Positions 61,051 through 64,000 of a stretch of DNA of 64,000 nucleotides are shown here, one piece after another (position 1 is the first letter of the stretch; each line of letters opens with the position of its first letter). Source of the stretch: an uncultured Spirochaetota bacterium (GTDB taxonomy: Bacteria > Spirochaetota > Spirochaetia > SZUA-6 > CAVTHK01). The notes below the pieces were generated by a model, which saw only the letters and a program-made list of their open reading frames with translations, was not told the DNA's origin and ran no database searches. Position numbers and translations under genes: made by a program. The stretch covers positions 352,001 to 416,000 of the forward strand of contig CAVTHK010000011.1 in NCBI GenBank assembly GCA_963734495.1, given 5' to 3'.

Positions 61051-61754
61051 GCCGCGACCCCCCGGCGCCCGTGCGGGCAGACGTAGACGCACAGGCCGCA
61101 GAGGCCTTCGCCGAGGCGCGCCTTCCGCCCGTCCATGTAGCGGTTGCAGGCGTGGGCGTCGTAGCGCACCTCGCGCGGCTCCGACTCGTCGAAGCGCGCC
61201 CCGGTAAAGGCGCGCGGCGGGCATATGTCGACGCACTCGCGGCAGTCTCCGCACCGCTCAGCCATGGCCGTGCCCGTCTCGAGCGGCGCGTCCGTCAGCA
61301 CGGTGCCGAGCCGCACGCGGGGCCCGTGCTCCGGCGTGATGAGGAGGCAGCTCCTGCCGATCCACCCGAGGCCGGCCAGGTGGGCGGCCATCTTGTGAGA
61401 GAACGCTCCCGCGAGCTTCTGAGAGTCGATGATGATGTTGAACACGGGCCACGCCCGGAAGCCCGCCTGCTCGATGCTCCGGGCGACCGCGAGCGAGATC
61501 GAGTCGAGCGTGCGGTTGACGACGTCGTAGAGCCCGCGATAGGTGCGGATCGCGACGGGGTCCTCGTGGCGGGGCAGCTCGTTCACGGTCCCGTCGACGA
61601 GCCTCACGCCGAACGAAACCGCCCGCGGGTAGCTCGCCGGGAGCGCGCCGCCCTGCGCCGCGATCGCCGCCCGCGCAGCCGACAGGTCCGCGACGCCGAA
61701 CACGGCAGCTCCCAGGTCCGCCGCGAGAGCCTTCAATTTTGATCCGAGCTCCAT
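61032..61754 (-). CDS. Epoxyqueuosine-reductase (QueG)-like 4Fe-4S protein
   Basis: FSHKMAAHLAGLGWIG, GPRVRLGTVLTDAP, CGDCRECVDICP, CGLCVYVCP. Confidence 0.8.
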   Translation of the reverse strand: MELGSKLKALAADLGAAVFGVADLSAARAAIAAQGGALPASYPRAVSFGVRLVDGTVNELPRHEDPVAIRTYRGLYDVVNRTLDSISLAVARSIEQAGFRAWPVFNIIIDSQKLAGAFSHKMAAHLAGLGWIGRSCLLITPEHGPRVRLGTVLTDAPLETGTAMAERCGDCRECVDICPPRAFTGARFDESEPREVRYDAHACNRYMDGRKARLGEGLCGLCVYVCPHGRRGVAAHASRG

Positions 61755-61812
61755 GAGCGACCCCCTGCGCCGACTATAGACGGGCGCGCGGGCGGCGGCA
61801 ACGGGGGAGCGC

Positions 61813-61845
61813 AAAAAAAGCGGCGCGCCCCGCGGGACGCGCCGC
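61813..61845 (-). terminator. Intrinsic terminator after the outer-membrane protein gene
   Basis: Minus strand GCGGCGCG...CGCGCCGC-TTTTTTT. Confidence 0.8.
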
Positions 61846-61866
61846 CTCTGCTTTCCTGCGAAAAGG

Positions 61867-62854
61867 CTAGAGCTGGATGCGGCCGCTGATCGAGCCGCCG
61901 TAGTTGCCGCCCACCAGGTTGTACATGAGGGTGAGATCCAGCTTGAGCATGGCCAGGTTGAACGAGGTGCCGCCGAAGGCGCGGAAGCCCCAGCCGTTGG
62001 TGTCCGAGCCCACGAAGAAGCCCTTGCTCGGGTCGAAGCTCTGGCCGGTGGCCGCTTCGATGTCCGCGATGTCCGCGGCGTCCGGCGGAGTGCCGTCCAC
62101 CAGCACCGTCGACTCGAGACCGAAGGTGGTGCTGGTCACCGCGAGGGAGGCGCCCAGTGCCGACGTACGGCGTGATGATGAGCAGCTTCTTGCTGAGCTG
62201 CGCCTTGAGGTCGATGACGCTCGCCTCCCAGTCGAAGGCCGCGTCCGCGTTGCTCACGGCCACGGTGTGGCCGCCGACGCCGGTGATCGTCTCGCCGGGG
62301 ACGGCATCCTTCATCGTGACGTTGCCCTTGACGTAGGTGTAGCCGGCCCCGACGGACAGGGTGGGCAGCACGCCCCCCTTGATCAGCGCGTAGCGGACGT
62401 CACCGCCAAACATCAAGTAGTCGGCCGTGACGCCCGACGGCAGCAGCGCCTTGGAGTCAGCGGGAAGGAAGCCGAGCTTGACGCCGGCGTCGAAGGGAAG
62501 GATGAAGCCGCCCACGCGGGCCTCCACCGCCATGGCCGGGATGGGAACGCCCCATTTCTTGAGGTCGGGGTACGCGCTGGAGATCTGGCCGCCGAGCGCG
62601 TCATCCACCTTCTGGATCGACGCCCAGGGAACGGTCGCGGCGCCCACGGTCAGCCCGACGCCGAAATGGGGGAAGTTGCCGATGTAGGCGTCCGACCAGT
62701 TCAGGCCGATCGCCGCGTTCAGCGGCAGGGCCTGGGCCACACCGTCGGTGAAGTCCTTGAATCCCGCCTCATAGACGCTGAAGGTCGTCTGCGCATTTGC
62801 GGGGATGACCGCCAGGATCGCGAGACAAGCCAGGAGCACCATCCTCTTCTTCAT
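61867..62854 (-). CDS. Exported hypothetical protein, probable outer-membrane beta-barrel; frameshift near 62150
   Basis: Signal peptide MKKRMVLLACLAILAVIPANA; amphipathic strands (HFGVGLTVG, GGDVRYAL, SVGAGYTY, ITPYVG); C-terminus SISGRIQL. Confidence 0.65.
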
Positions 62855-62990
62855 CGATGCCTCCACAACCGACAAATACATTAGCGCGGCCAGGCGGGAT
62901 TTCCAGCCTCGAGCGGCCAATCGCACCGTCGCGGTCGATTCGACGGCCGCCATGCGACCTTACGCCGCCACGCGCCGGCTTCGCGCGACC

Positions 62991-64000
62991 TTACAGCCCG
63001 ATTATCGGCCGGAGGCGCTCCACTTCGGAGAGGTCGCGCACCATGATGAGCAGCGCGAGGCCGGCGGGGTCGAGCCCGCCGACCAGCGCGCGCAGCTCCT
63101 CCGGCGCAAAGGCGCCGCGGACCAGCAGCGACCGGCCCGCGCGCTGGACCTCGCGGAAATGCGGGATCATCTCGGCGACGGGCGGGCCGCTGGCGTCGTT
63201 GTTGATCTCGAAGCAGCGCAACTCCTGGATCTCGAGAAAGGCATCCAGCAGGAACATGCTCGTCGAATGCAGATGGATGAACGCGCACGGAAAGGCGCGG
63301 GCCAGCGCGCGGTCGACGGGCTGCAGCAGCTCGCGGTAGAGGCGCGGCGAGTAGACCGCGCTCGCGTCCTCCTGCAGCCGCGCGATCGGCCCCGGCGCCC
63401 ACAGCGAGTACTGCCCGTCGAACCAGCCGCCGGCGAAGCGCGGGAGCCTCCGCCACACGGCCTCCGTCAGGGTTTTGAACATCCCGGCTGTGTGCGCCAG
63501 AAGCGCGCAGGCCCGCTCCGGCTCGTCCACGAGGTCTGCGATCGCCTGCGTGTGGCCGCGCAGCGCGCCGTGCAGGTCCGAGGGCCCGATCTCCGCGCTG
63601 TGGCTCACGGGAAAGCGGCCGGCCGCACGCTCGACGAGCGCGTCGGCGAAGGCCATGTACTTGCGGTACCAGGGGTGCCGCGGGTCGAGCCGCACGGCGA
63701 GCGCCTCGTCCCAGGAGAGGCCGCGCTCCAGGCCGAGCACGTTCTCCGGCAGCAGGCGCAGCGGGCAGCCGAGCATGGCGGGGAGAAACGGGATCGCCAC
63801 AGCCGAAGGGCCCGCGCCCCGGATCAGGTCGTCGTCGAGGGTCTCGCCTTCGCGCAAGAGGCGCTCGTGGTCGTCGAGCCACTCCGAAGGATCGACCATG
63901 TCGGGGGTGACAAAGTCGCGGCCCTGCCACGCGCGGCAGGCGGCGAACTCCGCGAGCGGGAACCAGCCGACGAGGGAGAAGCCGGCCAGCGGCCGCGCCG
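62991..64000 (-). CDS. Uroporphyrinogen-decarboxylase/MtaA-like TIM-barrel protein (5' truncated by window edge)
   Basis: GPSDLHGALRG...DLVDEPE, LQEDASAVYSPRLYRE, FIHLHS. Confidence 0.6.
   Translation of the reverse strand, partial: ARPLAGFSLVGWFPLAEFAACRAWQGRDFVTPDMVDPSEWLDDHERLLREGETLDDDLIRGAGPSAVAIPFLPAMLGCPLRLLPENVLGLERGLSWDEALAVRLDPRHPWYRKYMAFADALVERAAGRFPVSHSAEIGPSDLHGALRGHTQAIADLVDEPERACALLAHTAGMFKTLTEAVWRRLPRFAGGWFDGQYSLWAPGPIARLQEDASAVYSPRLYRELLQPVDRALARAFPCAFIHLHSTSMFLLDAFLEIQELRCFEINNDASGPPVAEMIPHFREVQRAGRSLLVRGAFAPEELRALVGGLDPAGLALLIMVRDLSEVERLRPIIGL

Noticed and set aside
1-64000. CRISPR array, tRNA/rRNA, transposase, integrase, prophage or reverse transcriptase
   Set aside because: I saw no regularly spaced repeats, cloverleaf-like sequence or matching protein motifs by eye; a covariance-model scan was not possible.

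Overview
High-GC bacterial chromosomal segment. The solute-binding proteins carry 'FAGG-x-x-E'-type N-termini and there is a spirochaete-like outer-membrane protein, so a free-living Spirochaetota genome is my inference. More than 20 single-base frameshifts in otherwise intact genes point to an unpolished long-read assembly. Contents: two convergent phosphate-uptake systems (pstCAB-phoU-phoBR and pstSCAB-B'-phoU), three CUT1 sugar ABC operons lacking ATPase genes, an Opp-family importer, glycosidases (GH42, GH32, two GHL6-like), two DegT-family PLP enzymes (one RifK-like), a deacetylase, a ceramidase-like amidohydrolase, a LarA-like gene with uxaC opposite tctCBA, a STAND-LuxR regulator, an ABC-F gene with a leader terminator, and Fe-S enzyme genes. 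I saw no rRNA, tRNA, CRISPR array or transposase. Best leads: (1) the tandem PstB pair has complementary degenerate motifs that predict one dead and one live ATP site; (2) a covarying hairpin motif abuts the RBS of two unrelated ABC genes; (3) a putative nickel-pincer uronate/aldonate pathway; (4) biosynthetic-type aminotransferases set in a catabolic context; (5) an attenuator upstream of the ABC-F gene; (6) an RCC1-repeat gene relic missed by the ORF track.
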